64,000 nucleotides of DNA from Blastocystis sp. Blastoise. Taxonomy: Eukaryota; Protista; Bigyra: Opalinata. Position 1 is the stretch's first letter. Every line of letters begins with the position of its first letter. Both the position numbers and the translations under genes were made by a program. The DNA is taken from contig JBBPEB010000002.1 of the NCBI GenBank assembly GCA_039096225.1, forward strand, positions 1,258,595 to 1,322,594, given 5' to 3'. The notes beneath the pieces were generated by a model. It had not been told where the DNA came from and did no database searches. It saw only the letters and a program-made list of their open reading frames with translations. This document shows, in pieces, positions 15,251 to 31,378 of the stretch.

Positions 15251-18200
15251 TTATTTTAAAACTTTGTTTTAACTATAGTAGTTTGAGGACCTATTGATTA
15301 CAATGCTGTAATATTAGTCCACTATAAGAAGATCGAAGAAAATATCGATCACTCAAAAATCGTCCTCAGGAGCTCAAAATTGGTACACCTAGGTTTTTTG
15401 ACCTCCTGAATCAGAATATGCTGCCAAAATAAGAATCTAAATTTGACCGTTAAGGCCTCACGTGTTCAATATGAAAAAGTATTAAAAAATAGATAAATAT
15501 AAAGAATAAACACGGATAACGTATATTGTGGGATTGAGAAAAAATCAAGTTTACCCCATGTTTATTTTTCAATTGTCTGGTCAACAATTTTTATCGGGAT
15601 GATCCCAAAGAGCCAATCAAAAACGACTCAAAAATCATGTTTTCTGTTTTTCTATTAATTACTTTTTAATATCCTTAATTTAGCAGCCCAAAAGTACGGT
15701 GTCTCACACATTTTTCGTATTATTGACTTTGTTATTAACTTTTATAAAATAAAAATAACATCAAAAAATCCGGAACACAATTCTAAAAATGACTGTTAAA
15801 GAAATTTTTCGAAAACTCTAAGTTTCTGGCTAAAAAACGCAAAAAACCATTTTCGCACAAAATTTTAACCAAAATTATTGGATTATTTTTATTTTATCCA
15901 ATATTTTTCATTTTTATGAAAACACACATTTTTCGTTTTTCATTTTTTATTGTTTTCTTATTTTTCCTATATCTATTCACATACTTTATATTTATTTTTA
16001 TAAAATTAACTTTTATTGACGGGTTGGTCTTATATATAGTTTTGACGGGTAGATTCGTTTATATTTATGACTTGACAACATATCAATACACACATTACTA
16101 ACTTTAAACTCTAAAACCATTTCATATGTAATGAATATGACCTCAACTACTCTGAAACAACAATAATTCCTTTAAATAACGACAAAAGACAAACTGATAT
16201 CCAACACATTCCTTTTATATAAACTTATTTGAGCTGTTTTATATTTATTTAACTCTATATCCATCATAAATGTGTTTTATATTTGTCATATACTTTTTAA
16301 TAAAGAAGTATTAGCTTTTAAAATTTTTTCTTCTTTGATACCCAATTTTGTGATCTTGATATTTCTGTCAATATTCAAAATATAAAAAAAGTAAAAACAT
16401 ATCTTGAAACTAGATAACATAAATATGATGCATTTTTAATATTTTATCTAAATATTCAATATTGACTAAAATATCTACGTTTATATTAAAAACATAAAAA
16501 TGAAAATTTTCTAAAAAGGGTATATTTTGTGATTGTGATTTCTCAGTCAATATTTTATAAAATAATAAAGTTAAAACATATTTAGATATAAGACAACCAA
16601 AACATGATGCGTTTTTGTCACTTTTTTAAATAATTAAAAAATGATGTTACAGGAGACAATAGTTGAACTCAATAAAAAAATAAGGTTCGAAATTTTTCTC
16701 AAAACTTTTTTATTTGTTTTTTGTCAATATTCTCATCAATAATAAATATTTTTGACATTTGACTTCATATTGAATCACTAAATACCAAAATAAACATATT
16801 TTACAATTTTATTTTGTTTTTAAAAGACTTTGACAACAGATCACCAGACAATGTTAACTCAATAAACTCTTAAAACGTTTCAATTCGTGTTTAGAATCAT
16901 ATATGGACACTTTGTGTGACTTATTTGAAAATTTTAAGACAACATGTTGAACTGATACAGACAATGTTTGTTCTAAAAAGTTAGTTATGAGTCATTATGA
17001 GTTGTAAATGTCATAAATAAGCTTTAAATAAATAAATATGTTTTTATAAGTCTTTAATTAGTGAAATAAATCGTTTAAAAAAAGAAAATGTTTTTGATAC
17101 TATAATTTATTTTGACAATTTCTCCATCAATATTAATTTTTAAAAAATAAATAAAACTTATTTATAAAATAGATAACCTATAGTTTTAATATTTATAAAA
17201 ATTTTATCTAAATATATAATAACTTTTGAGATAAAAAATTATATATGCAAAACATAAAAAAATTAATTTTTGAAAAAAGGGTATACTTTATAACATTAAT
17301 TTCTCAGTCAATATTTAATTATTTTAAATAATTTTAACAAATAAATATAGAGAATAAAACATATTAATAATATAAGTTTTAATATTTAAAATTAATTAAG
17401 AAATGAGTTTAGTAGAGTCAATAGTATAACATGTTAAAAAACTGAAAATTGAAAAATCATTTTTCTAAAAATTTTCCGAAAGTTGACAAATCAAATTCAT
17501 ATTTGACAATTAATTTTTATATATTTGAAAACTAGAGTATATGTGTATTGCATTTCTAAAAGAAATAGTCAAAAGTGGAGTTGAGGAGTGAATGACAAAC
17601 TGGACATGTTGGCTCTAAAGTTGTTAAAAAGTAGTCAAATATGTCTTGAAGGATACATATAGTCTAATGTGTAAATATTACGTCTAAATATCAAATTTTA
17701 AGGTTAAAACAGTTTTGAATTGTGTGTTTACGTGCCTTAAAACAAGAGATTCAATTCACTGTTTGTAAAATTAATTATTAGAGTGTTTAATACTGTTATT
17801 AGTCAAAACATTATTGGAAATAAACGTGGTTGTTTTTTTACCTATGTGTCAAAATGTGTATACTTTTGATTAATAAAGATTAAAACTACTAGGCTGTAGT
17901 TATAGCGTTTATTACATAAATGGTTTTGCTTATCTAATATTATAGATACCCCAAATATATATATATTTTTACAATTTATTATTTATTAAAAGTGATTCCA
18001 TATATGAGAATCATAAGTGAATAACAAACTATTACCAGCAGTACTTTATAGCATATTTAATATCAATGACCATGTTTGAGTCAGTCTTAAAAATAAGAAT
18101 GCATTCTATAACATGTGTCAACATCATGTTTGTTCAGTTTAGTAAACTACAATGGCTGTAAACGATTACTATGACGTAGGAAGTCCTTTTTATTTTATGA

Positions 18201-18690
18201 TACTGACAATTCTTTACTCATTTACGTGTTTTTATTTATCTATTTAAAAAAGCAATACTTTTCAAAATCTGGCTAAATACGGTTTTAGTAATTATAACTA
18301 AATTTAGACTTCACCACAATCAGGATTTACACACACTACATGCTTCCATTTGAAGCTATAAAGTTATTTGATATGATACAAACAAATTGGCGGATTTTGT
18401 TCATAATTTCTACTACTATGCCTTTATATTTGCTTCTGTTGACTTCATGAATCAAACCAGTGTTAGATTTATAAAATGGATATATTCTTTTTAAATATTT
18501 ATTTAAGAAAAGACATTTTAAAACTGATCTTCCAGCTGAAAGTTTGTTTTTTGAAGGTCATCTACTAAAACAAAAACATGGGGAAAAAGATTTTTTCACT
18601 CTATTATTTATTATTAACAAGAATATAAGAACTATTATCTTATAAATAATATCTTCTGTCAAAGAAAAACATATATATTAATAAGCTATC

Positions 18691-19485
18691 ATGACATTTG
18701 GCAAAGAGTATTCAAAGAAAAAGCAACACAAAGAAGATATGCAACAACGCAGATCTCAAAGCTGTATGTTTTTCTTATATATCTTACCATTCTGTCACAT
18801 ATTTTATTATATATATCAATATATTCATGTTTTATCTTTACATGTATATAGCTCAGCAAGAAATAGATGTATCTCAGGTTTCAACAACAACTGAAGGTAT
18901 ATTCTTATACTCCATTATTCTAAATATATAATGTATCTTTAGAATCAGCAGAATCAGTTAATATTGATAAACAGAGGGACAATAAGAAGTCAGAAGATTT
19001 AGAGTCTCAAGACAATGCAGCTCAAAATCCAACTGGGAGTGAAGCTAAACGTAACAATAGCAATATTGCAACAATTGCATCAGGTATATATATTTTATTT
19101 CTTTATTATAATTTTTTTAACAACACGAATGTTTTAAATATTTTTATTTTTTATATTATATAGTAATGGATTCAATGATTCTATCTATAAGTCAATCGTC
19201 AACTCAAGAAAACAGTCATGTTATAGAGAGTATATATATATCATAATAATTATTAATATTGCATTCATTATTGTCAATTATAATTAACATTATTATTCAT
19301 ATAAAGATAATAACAATGTTTTATATATTATTTTTATTTTATTTATATATATATATATATTTTCAATATTTTATTTTATTATTATCTTTGTTATTACTTT
19401 ATATATATAATTACTATTCTTATACTTATTACTTAGAACAAATAAGTAAGACAACAGATGATTTAATGGCTACAAATAAAGATGG

Positions 19486-19561
<76 letters not shown>

Positions 19562-20634
19562 TATAGCAACAAATAAAGTAGAAAACGTGGGAATAGAAAG
19601 TATTTACCATTATTAATCATAAATATATCTAAACTATATATAATAATAATATAATCATAATTTTTTAAATATTATATTAAATGAATACTGTATATATATA
19701 TATATATATTTAGAAAAAAAAAGCAGACCAAAATAAATTATTATCTTCTTCAAAAGAATCTATTGATGAATCGTCACTTATTCTTCCATTACCATTATCA
19801 AAAATGAAACATTATAAACCTATATCACTTCCTGATCTTTCACCTGTGCGAGAATGTATATATAATTTACTGTGATTACTTTCTTTTAGAAATTCTTACT
19901 ATTTCATTAATTATCCGCTATTATAATATAAGTATAATTTCAAATCTCGCTACTCTTATTATTATTTAGGTAATAAAAATAATTCTGTAAGTAAAAAGAT
20001 TTCGGATTTGAATAAGCCTTCAAAAGATATTGGTATAACATTTATTATTAATAAATTAATTACTCTCCATAGGTATTAAATCAAAATCAAATAACAATGA
20101 TTTATTAAATAACAAGAAATGTACCAATAGTACAGTTAGTATATAATTATTACTTATTTTTTATAATACTTATTTTTGTATAGGTGATAAAAATATTCAG
20201 GAAAATAAGGAGTTACTTGGCAATAATAAACCTTCAAATACTCCCAGTAGTATGTACAATAGAATATATGTTTATTAATTCTCATATTATTATTTCTATT
20301 ATTGTTACTAAAGTATTCTATTGTTATTTATTTTCATTATATCTACTATTGTTCCTATCATAATATTCTATTATTATAATTTATTTCTTTATTAGTATTA
20401 TTTCTCGATACATTATAAGCAAATATCTATTAATATAAAAATGATTACATTAAATATTTAACTCAATATATAACTATATTATTATTCATTTATTATTTTT
20501 TTTTATTATATCTTATATTAATTATTTATTTTATATTCTAATACTGATATATCTATTACTGTAATATATAGGTATTAAAAATAAAAACAGCATTGTAGAA
20601 GCACCTAAAACCAATAACATTTCATCATTGAATA

Positions 20635-20685
<51 letters not shown>

Positions 20686-23600
20686 AAAAACAATTCATTT
20701 TAGATATACAAAAAAGTAATACGAATATGGTTTCTTCTCAAATATTAAATTCATCTCAACGTATACATTTTTATTTATTTCTACTATTATTATATATTTA
20801 TGTTTATGTGATAATTATTTTGTAATAATTATTCTTTATTTCTTAAATAGTATTATTACAATTTTTCTATATTATTATTATATTTTTATTTATCAAAATA
20901 TGTACAATTATTAGTATATTCAAATAAAAATAATCATCATGAAACATTTATATTTATATTATATTAATACTAATGAATATATTATTTCTTTTTTCTTTAT
21001 ACATTTATAGGTATTCATGATAAAAGTTATAATAATAGATATAAAGAAGATAAAACTCCTAGCGGTATTGATTCAAATGAAAGGAATAAAGAAAAAATAA
21101 ATAGTGATAAAGATTATTTAGGTATATTATTTAAATATATATATATAAGATAATATCTATAGTTCATTCTAAATTTATAGATATAGATCAATCAGACTGT
21201 GGTAATTTTTATATTTGATAATAATTTTTATTACTTTTCTTATAAATATATAGATGAATATCCAGTTCTTCACAGTTTTTCTTCTGCTCCTCCTCTTGAA
21301 TCATCTAAACAAATAGGTATGAATATATATATATATATATATATATTTTCTATATTGTAAATTTTATATTGAAATTATTTTTTTATTTTTTTTATATGAA
21401 TTATAGGTATAAATAATGACGATAAAAATGATAATCCAATTGAATTTAAAAAGATATTAAGTTTATCAGATTATGTCTCTTTTAAACAAAAAGAAAGGAA
21501 AGAAGCTATTGATGTAACTAATACTACTACTAATAATTCAAAAGATATATATAATTCTTCTAATATTACTTCTGCTTCTGATAATAAACTTAATGAAAAT
21601 TCAGCGAAAGATGGATCGGCGGAAAAGAAAAATAAGAAACATAAAAAAGCAAAGAAACACAAATATGGAAATATATCAAACCAAAATTGTAATACTAATC
21701 TGAATACGAAGAATTTCTCAAAATATGGTGTTAGTATATCTAACAAAGGTATATATATATATTTTTTATATGAATTATTTATTTTTTATAGGCTATAAAA
21801 ATGCAACAAATAGAATAGAATTCGATAGAAGTACTATGCTGAGCGTTAGTGGGATGCATTATTGTATATATATATAAATATGTATATTATGTATTCATTA
21901 TTATTGTTATCATTTTTTATTATTCTAGCTAAAGAAATACTTAATGATTTAATTCCACAAACTCTAGAAGTTTTATCGAAGGTTTTTGGCTTTACAAATT
22001 CAGGTAAGTAATTATATTAATTTCATATAGTAATATATATATAATGTTTCATGAATATGTTGGTTTATTATTATTATTTCTATGACTATTATGACTATTA
22101 TGACTATTATAATTATTTTTATGACTATTCTTATGGATATTTTTATGACTATTTTAATGATTATTTTTATGACTTTTTTCATTATTATTTCCATGATTAT
22201 TATGATTATGACTATTTGAATGATTATTTTAATGATGATTTTAATGATTATTTTTATGATTATATATTTCTTTAGATTCTCTTAATGAGAATAATCATGG
22301 GAATGTCACAAATGAAATAATACTTAGAAATCAAAGCTCTTTATTCAGTTTTAGATCAAATGATGATTCCACTTTGGAATCAAAGATCGATAGTATATAT
22401 ATATATATATTATTTTGATATAATTTAATATTTTTATTATATTTCTTAATATTCTTTTTTTTTAGATAATAAAACAATAAAAAGAACAGCAAGAAATGAT
22501 ATGAAAGCAAAACTTTTGAAAACATTTTTGGAGAATAGTGACTCTGATAGTATGTACTAATTAAATATATATTTCATATTATAATTTTATTTATTTAATT
22601 GTTAATTAATTATTTTCTATATTTATTTTTATTAACCTTTTTTTTTTTGAATGTTTTCAAATTAAATGATTGTTTTTTAAATTAATGAATAAAATTTTAG
22701 TTTTTAAAACATTAAAAATATATTACAACATAAGAAATGTTTATATAATAATTTCCATAGTCAGTTTTTAACATGTTTTACTTTTTTTTTCTTTTATTAG
22801 GATTTTTCTTTCATTTAACAATATTTTTAGACTATTCAATAATATATATAGGTGAAAAAAATAAAAACAAAAAAATATCAATTAATGATACTGAAAAACA
22901 TGTTTTATCGACACAGTTGTTCCCTGATTTAATGAGTAATAAAGAGATATTGCAAAGAAGTTTAACACATTATGAACCTAGCTTAACTAATAGAGATTCA
23001 AATGAATATAATAATAATAGAAATGATAAAAAATATTTTATAGTATCTAATCTCAATAAAACAGATGACAATGAATGTATTTGTTCTGATTATCAATCGG
23101 TAATCGAAAACAATGATGACACTGAATTTAACAAAAATGTTACTGATAACTTTGAGTTCCAAATTAATAATGGTATACACGATTTAATTGATGATGACTT
23201 TCATGATGAAAAAAATGTTGAAGATTTAAATCAGGATAAAGAAACTATTAATAGTAACAACTCACAAAATAATACTTTTCCAACTTATAACAACATTATT
23301 GATTCCAATGACTTAAATTTGACAGTACATTTGGAAGATATAAATATCACAAACAATAATATAATTGAAAATAGAGAAAAATCATCATCTGAATCAATAA
23401 TCAATGACGAAGCACTTGCTTTATATAATAACATGGATATTATTGATATGAATAATAGTATCTCTAGGAACTTAAATGACATAACGACATCTAATGTTAA
23501 TGATCATTCTGAAGTAACTATTAATGATGAAAATATGATAGAAATGAATGACGTTGAAAATAGGATAATAATAGTACCTCATAGTGTAAATAACTTAATA

Positions 23601-23927
23601 GAATTGGATAATAATAATATAAACGAAGAAAATGTTGCTAACAGCATAAATTTACTAAGTGAACAAAACGATGATTACATAATAAATAATCATGATATTA
23701 GTGATCAATTAACTAATGATGAGAATAATCAAAATCTATCAAGTAATTACAACTTTAATTATATTTTTTTGTTTTTATAACAGTTTTTTTTAATATAAAT
23801 ATATATTATATGTTTGATATAATTATGAATTATAAATAATAATATATAGATATACTTCTAGACAATAACGATGAATTAAATAATTTAATTTTTACAAGAA
23901 GAGACATTTTGGCTTTTTCTCCAATAA
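18691..23927 (+). CDS. Spliced low-complexity (N/S/K/D-rich) N-terminal extension of RepHel, about 22 exons and 900 aa
   Basis: From ATG 18691, a chain of open exons separated by phase-1 GT-AG introns leads in frame into the RepHel exon at 24000. Confidence 0.65.
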
Positions 23928-23999
23928 GTATGAATAATAGTAATATATTGTTTTTAAATATGAATCTTGAAAAATATTAAACAATTCTTTTATATATAG

Positions 24000-26900
24000 G
24001 AAGCTCATATCAAATAATTGATGAAAATGATAATAAGTATGACTATTATGACTTGGGTAAAATGATATTTAAATGTTCATGTTGTAATGCTTTACATTTT
24101 GAACATGAAAGAAACAACTTTAAGTTTTCAACTAATTATGATACAACATTTTTTGAAGAACCATCAAATTCATATAATGATACAATAAATAATACAATAA
24201 TATATACAAAAAGAAGAAGACAATGGACACTTGACACAGAAGGAAATATTATATTAAAGAATAGTCAATATAGTGGTTGTTGTCGTAGTGGAAAAGTACG
24301 TTTAGGTTCATTATCAGAGCCAGATATATCAATACAAAACTTATTGAATGATAATACAGATTCTTCAAAACAATTTAAGAAAGATATTCGTAGGTATAAT
24401 AATTCAATAGCTTTTGCTTCTATGTCATGTACTGATACACAAACAAGATTAGATAATAATGGAATATATTTCTATAAAGTACATGGAAATATATATCATT
24501 CTATGGCAGATTTATATCCTCCTGAAGGTATTACTCCTAATTATAATCAAATATATATTTATGATCAAGAAGAAGCTTTTCAACTTCGATCAAATAATCA
24601 ATATTATGATAATTTAAATACAGAAATAATGAGAGTATTACATAATTCATTATTAAATAATGAATTAATGAATGCTTTTAAGACATTACATGAAGAAGTA
24701 ACTACTGCTACAAATAATAATAATAATCTTCATATATCACAAGTAGATGTTTCATTAAAATTCAAAACATTACATTCAGATGATCAAAGAAGATATAATA
24801 CTCCTTCTGCTTCTCATGAAATAGCACTTATAGTTCCTATTAATTCTATGGAAACATTTCCTCATACAGAATTTAGATGCTATCCAAGAATTCATCTTAA
24901 TAATAATAATAATACAAATCATATGAATATGAATGAAGAAATAAGACAACATTTCACAAGAATGAAATATGATAATCCATTTTGTGATCCTATGGTTTAT
25001 CCTATATTTTATCCCACAGGAATTCCATTATTTATTCTTGCATCTAAAAGTGAGTTAAGAAGAAATCCTAATTATATTCCAAGAAGAAATAATAATATAG
25101 AAATACATTCTCAAATCAATTCAAATACAATAGAAAATACTAACATTCAAGTAGAACAAATAGAAAGAGAATCAAATAGAAATAGTAGATATAATAATAG
25201 AAATCAATTATTAGATAATGAAGAAGATGAAATAGATAATGATGATAGAGAGTCTTCAAGACAAACTCATGATGATTTTTCAAAATCAATTACTTTATTA
25301 GCTAATTATCAACAATTTAATAATGAAGGATATCCTATAGATTTAATAGGAAATCCTGTATATGAGAAATCATCTTTTACTTTAAAAGATTTTTATTCTT
25401 TTCTTTGTTTTCCAAGATCATTTCCTAATAAGAATTATTTCTTATCAGGAGGAAAATTATTCTTACAATATATTGTAGATGCTTATTCTAAAATAGAAGA
25501 ACAACGATTATCATTTATAGAAATGAATCAATCAAAATTAAGAGCAGAATCTTATAATGTGTTACGACAATATAATCAGAGAAGAAGAGAACAAGTAACA
25601 GATGAAGAAGTAACAAATGGAATAGGAAAACCTATTATATTAAATAGTGGTTTTGTAGGAGGACCTAGATATATGAAAGGAGCTTATTTAGATGCAATGA
25701 CAATAGTAAGATATTATGGTAAACCAGATTATTTTATTACTTTTACATGTAATCCAAAATGGAAAGAAATAGTAGATAATTTATATCCTAATCAAGAAGC
25801 ATGGGAAAGACCTGATTTAGTTTGTAGAGTATTTGCAATTAAATTGAAATATTTATATCATTTATTAAAAGATGAGAATGTATTTGGTAAAGCACAAGCT
25901 ATTACTTATACTGTTGAATTTCAAAAGAGAGGATTACCTCATGCTCATATCTTATTGAATGTTGAACAACAAGATAAAATACATGATACTAATGAACTTG
26001 ATTCTATTATATGTGCTTATCTTCCTGATGAAGAAAAGAATCCTAGATTATTTAAAATAGTAAGTACAATGAATATACATGGTCCTCATGTATCTAATTC
26101 TCCATGTTTAGATTCTCATGGAATATGTAAGAAAGGATTTCCTAAACCATTTCAAGAATGTACTACAATTCCTAATGATTCTTATCCTTTATATTTTAGA
26201 CCAAATGATGGAAGAAAAGTAGTATTTCATCGTACTAATGGTGATTTAGAAGCTACTAATGAATATGTTGTTCCATATAATCCATATTTATCACTCAAAT
26301 TAGAAGCACATATTAATGTTGAAGCAGTTTATAGTTTACATACAGTAAAATATCTATATAAATATACAACAAAAGGTCATGATTCAATGAGAGCTGAATT
26401 ATCAGCTTCTTCAAATGAAACAAATAATAATGAAGTTAAACAATATTTAGATGCAAGATATATATCATCAACTGAAGCAGTTTGGAGAATATTAGGATTT
26501 CCTATAGTACAATCAAATATAGCTGTTCAAATATTATTGATTCATGATGAGAATGATAAGAATATAGTATATACAGATGGTTCAGAAGAACAAGCAGAAG
26601 AAATACAAGGAAATAAATTATCTATGTTAGAAGCATATTTCAAAGCAAATGATGATTTAAATAATCATTTATATGTTCCTACTTTAGAAGAACCAGAGTT
26701 TATGACATATGATATGTTTCCTCAATATTATACATGGTGTAAAGGAGAACATATATGGAAACCAAGACAAAAGAATTCGAAGACACTTGGAAGAATACCT
26801 TATATAAATCCAACTAATAAAGAAGCATTTTGTTTAAAATTATTATTAACTCATGTAAATAGACCAACAAGTTTTGAATCATTAAGAATGTATGATGGAG

Positions 26901-28876
26901 AATTACCTTATCCAACTTATGAAGGAGTATGTATAGCAAGAGGATTATTAGATGATACTAATGAATATAGACATATATTAGATGAAGTAATGCATGATTG
27001 TCATCCTTCTCAATTACGATTAGTATTTGCTTTATTATTTGTATATTATAATATTACTGATAAAGCAATGGATTTATGGAATGAATTTAAATATGAAATG
27101 ATTTCTGATATATATTATCAATATACAATAGATCATTTTACTATAAATGAACGTATTAATCATTCTCTTTCAACTGATCCTGATATTATTGATCAAGATC
27201 CTATTGTAATCAATTATTGTTATCCAAGAGCTTTATATAATATCAAAACATTAATAGAATCAAATGGAGGTAAATATACTAATATGCCTACTATTCAATA
27301 TACTTCACATTTTAATCCTAATAGTGGTGTTTCTACATTAGAATTTTATGATTTTGATGTTGCACATAGAGAAGCAGAAAGAAATTATCAAATGTTAAAT
27401 AGAGAACAAAAAGAAATATTTGATAGAATTATGGTATCTGTTAATAATACTCAACCTCATAATAATAATATGTTCTTTATTGATGGTCCTGGTGGAACTG
27501 GAAAAACATTCTTATATAATACTTTGATCAAGATGATTCGTACAAGAGAAAAACCTGTATTAGCTGTTGCATTCACAGGAATAGCAGCTACTTTATTATC
27601 AGGAGGAAGTACTTCTCATTCTGTATTTGGATTACCACTTGATCTAAATGAAATGTCTATTTCACATATAACAAGAAGTAGTGCAAAAGCAAATGATTTA
27701 AGAAAATGTGCTATTATTATTTGGGATGAAGCACCTATGGCTTCTATTTATGCTTTAGAAGTTCTTGATAATTTATTACATGATTTATTTAGTTCAATAG
27801 ATTCTGAAGATCCATGTCTTCAATATCCTTTTGTTGGTAAAACTATTGTTTTAGGTGGAGATTTTAGACAATGTTTACCAGTAGTTAAAAATGGAAATGA
27901 ATCATCTACTGTTGGTGTATGTTTGAAAAGATTTAAATATTGGAATAATTTTATACAATGTCATTTAGTTCAGAATATGAGAGCAGATAGAGATGCTTTA
28001 GATTTTAAAGAATGGTTAATGAAAGTAGGAAATGGTGAACGATTAAATAATGAATCTGATTTGAATGATAATATTGTAGAAATACCTTCACAATGTATAA
28101 GTACAGAAAATTTATATAAAGAGATATGGGAGAATATACTTCATAATAGAAATATTTTATCAGAACAACATAGAAAAGATTTATCTGAGAATTGTATTTT
28201 ATGTTGTACGAATGAAGATACTTTTGATATAAATGAGAAAGTATTAGATTTAATACCTTCTTCAGAATCAGAAAAAATATATTATAGTTTTGATACTTTA
28301 GAAGATGAAATAGTTAATGATTCTGAAAGAGCTGCTTATTCTCCTGAATTTCTTAATACTCTTCTTCCTCAAGGATTTCCTCCTCATAAATTAAGATTAA
28401 GAAAAGGCTGTATTATTATGTTATTGAGAAATCTTAATATAAAGAAGGGTTTATGTAATGGAACAAGATTAGTTGTTCTTGAAACATTAAATAATGTTAT
28501 TCGTGCTCAATTATTAAATAAGCCAGATAATTTATTACCTGGTGAAGATATTGTATTTATTCCAAGAATCAGTTTAATTACTTCAGATGATTCACTTCCT
28601 ACTAAGATGAGAAGAAAACAATTTCCTGTTCGATTAGCTTTTGCTATGACTATTAATAAATCACAAGGTCAAACATTTAAAAATGTTGGATTATATTTAA
28701 AGAGACCTGTATTTAGTCATGGTCAATTATATGTTGCTTTTAGTAGAGTTCGTTCTTTTAATGGTTTACATATTTATGCTGAAAATTGTAATAACAATAA
28801 TCAAGGACATCTTAGTAAAGACTATCCTAATAAGGTATTTACGACTAATTGCATTTTTGATGGAGTTTTAAATTAG
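24000..28876 (+). CDS. Helitron RepHel transposase (HUH/Y2 Rep plus Pif1-family helicase)
   Basis: Rep motifs FITFTCNPKW, VEFQKRGLPHAHILL and YLYKYTTKG. Helicase motifs GPGGTGKT, WDEAPM, GGDFRQCLPV, AMTINKSQGQT and HGQLYVAFSRV. N-terminal CxxC...CC. Uninterrupted ORF of over 1600 aa. Confidence 0.97.
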
Positions 28877-29317
28877 TTATTGTTTTATTTGTTTTATTTG
28901 TTTTTTGATTTCTTTTATATTTGTTATTGTCTGTTAATATATTTGTTTTTATTTATTATTTTTCTCTTTTCAATTTTTATTTGTTGTCTTAAAAGTTAAA
29001 TATAGAATATTCTATTGTTTTGTTAAAACTTAAAAACCAAAAACTAAAAATAGATATTTTAAAATAAAACTCAAGCGTAGGCCTGCGTAGGCAGGCCGTG
29101 AAACGCTTGTTAAATATAAATAATATCGCTTAACCAAATATATGGTGCACAACTACATGTTATATCCTATTGAACTGTGTTTCAACGAAAAGTTAACTCC
29201 CCGTAAGTTTAGAGGAGTTGTGGGTACAAACTCTAGTATATAGTAGCCAATCAAATGAATTTTCCAAAAACTGACCAATGGGAATTTTTTTGCCTATTCT
29301 CATATATATAGTAATGA

Positions 29318-30804
<1,487 letters not shown>

Positions 30805-31378
30805 AATATTGATGATTATTACACATGATCATTCTTATTTTTCTTCTTATTATAAAACTTTGTTAACTCTATACTGTAATACATATCTCTTAAACCATTA
30901 TTAGCTTATCAATATTAATTTATTTCCTATTTAATATCTTTTTGAATATAATTAGTTTGTACTTTTGTTTATGCAATAATAATCACTATTCACTTTAACT
31001 CTAGATTAAAAACAACATTACTCTTGATGAAATTATTACTTTTTGTTTAAAAAAAATATAAATATTTTTTCCTTGTAATACCAAGAAATTATTTTTTTTT
31101 ACAGAAAAAATAGGAAATTACATCATCTCTATTCATTTCACAATAAATAAGCATGGTTATCTTATGACTTTTCACTTATTTTTCATATTTTTCGTTTTTC
31201 ATTGGCATTTTTCTCGTTTTTCTCCTTCTTTGTGTTCATATCATTTCAATATTGATTTCTTTATAATAGAATCATTAAGATTCTTCAGAATCTTTTTTAA
31301 ATTGATTTATTATTCTGACTAAATTATATTCTTCAGTATCTCTTTCTTATTTTTGTTCTTATAATTTTTTTTTTTCAA

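Larger units (their letters stand above)
15672..29109 (+). mobile_element. Autonomous Helitron (13438 bp)
   Basis: A|TCCTTAATTTAG at 15672. Hairpin GGCCTGC-GTAG-GCAGGCC followed by CTTG|T at 29109. Contains an intact RepHel ORF. No TSD. Confidence 0.95.
13171..29317 (-). mobile_element. Non-autonomous Helitron of a second family (2709 bp of own sequence: 13171-15671 plus 29110-29317)
   Basis: On the minus strand, A|TCATTACTATATATATGAG starts at 29317, and a long GC hairpin (GCCGCGGTCCGG...CCGGACCTGCGGC) followed by CTAG|T ends at 13171. Removing it restores the hAT reading frame. Confidence 0.9.

Noticed and set aside
22012-22275. Y/D-rich and I/K-rich ORFs
   Set aside because: This is a degenerate GAYTAT/TAT repeat inside intron 22004-22274 of the Helitron gene.
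15672-29109. Helentron/Helitron2 interpretation of the CAAGCGT/ACGCTTG inverted repeat
   Set aside because: Both arms are at the 3' end, the 5' end is a canonical A|TC, and no endonuclease domain follows the helicase.
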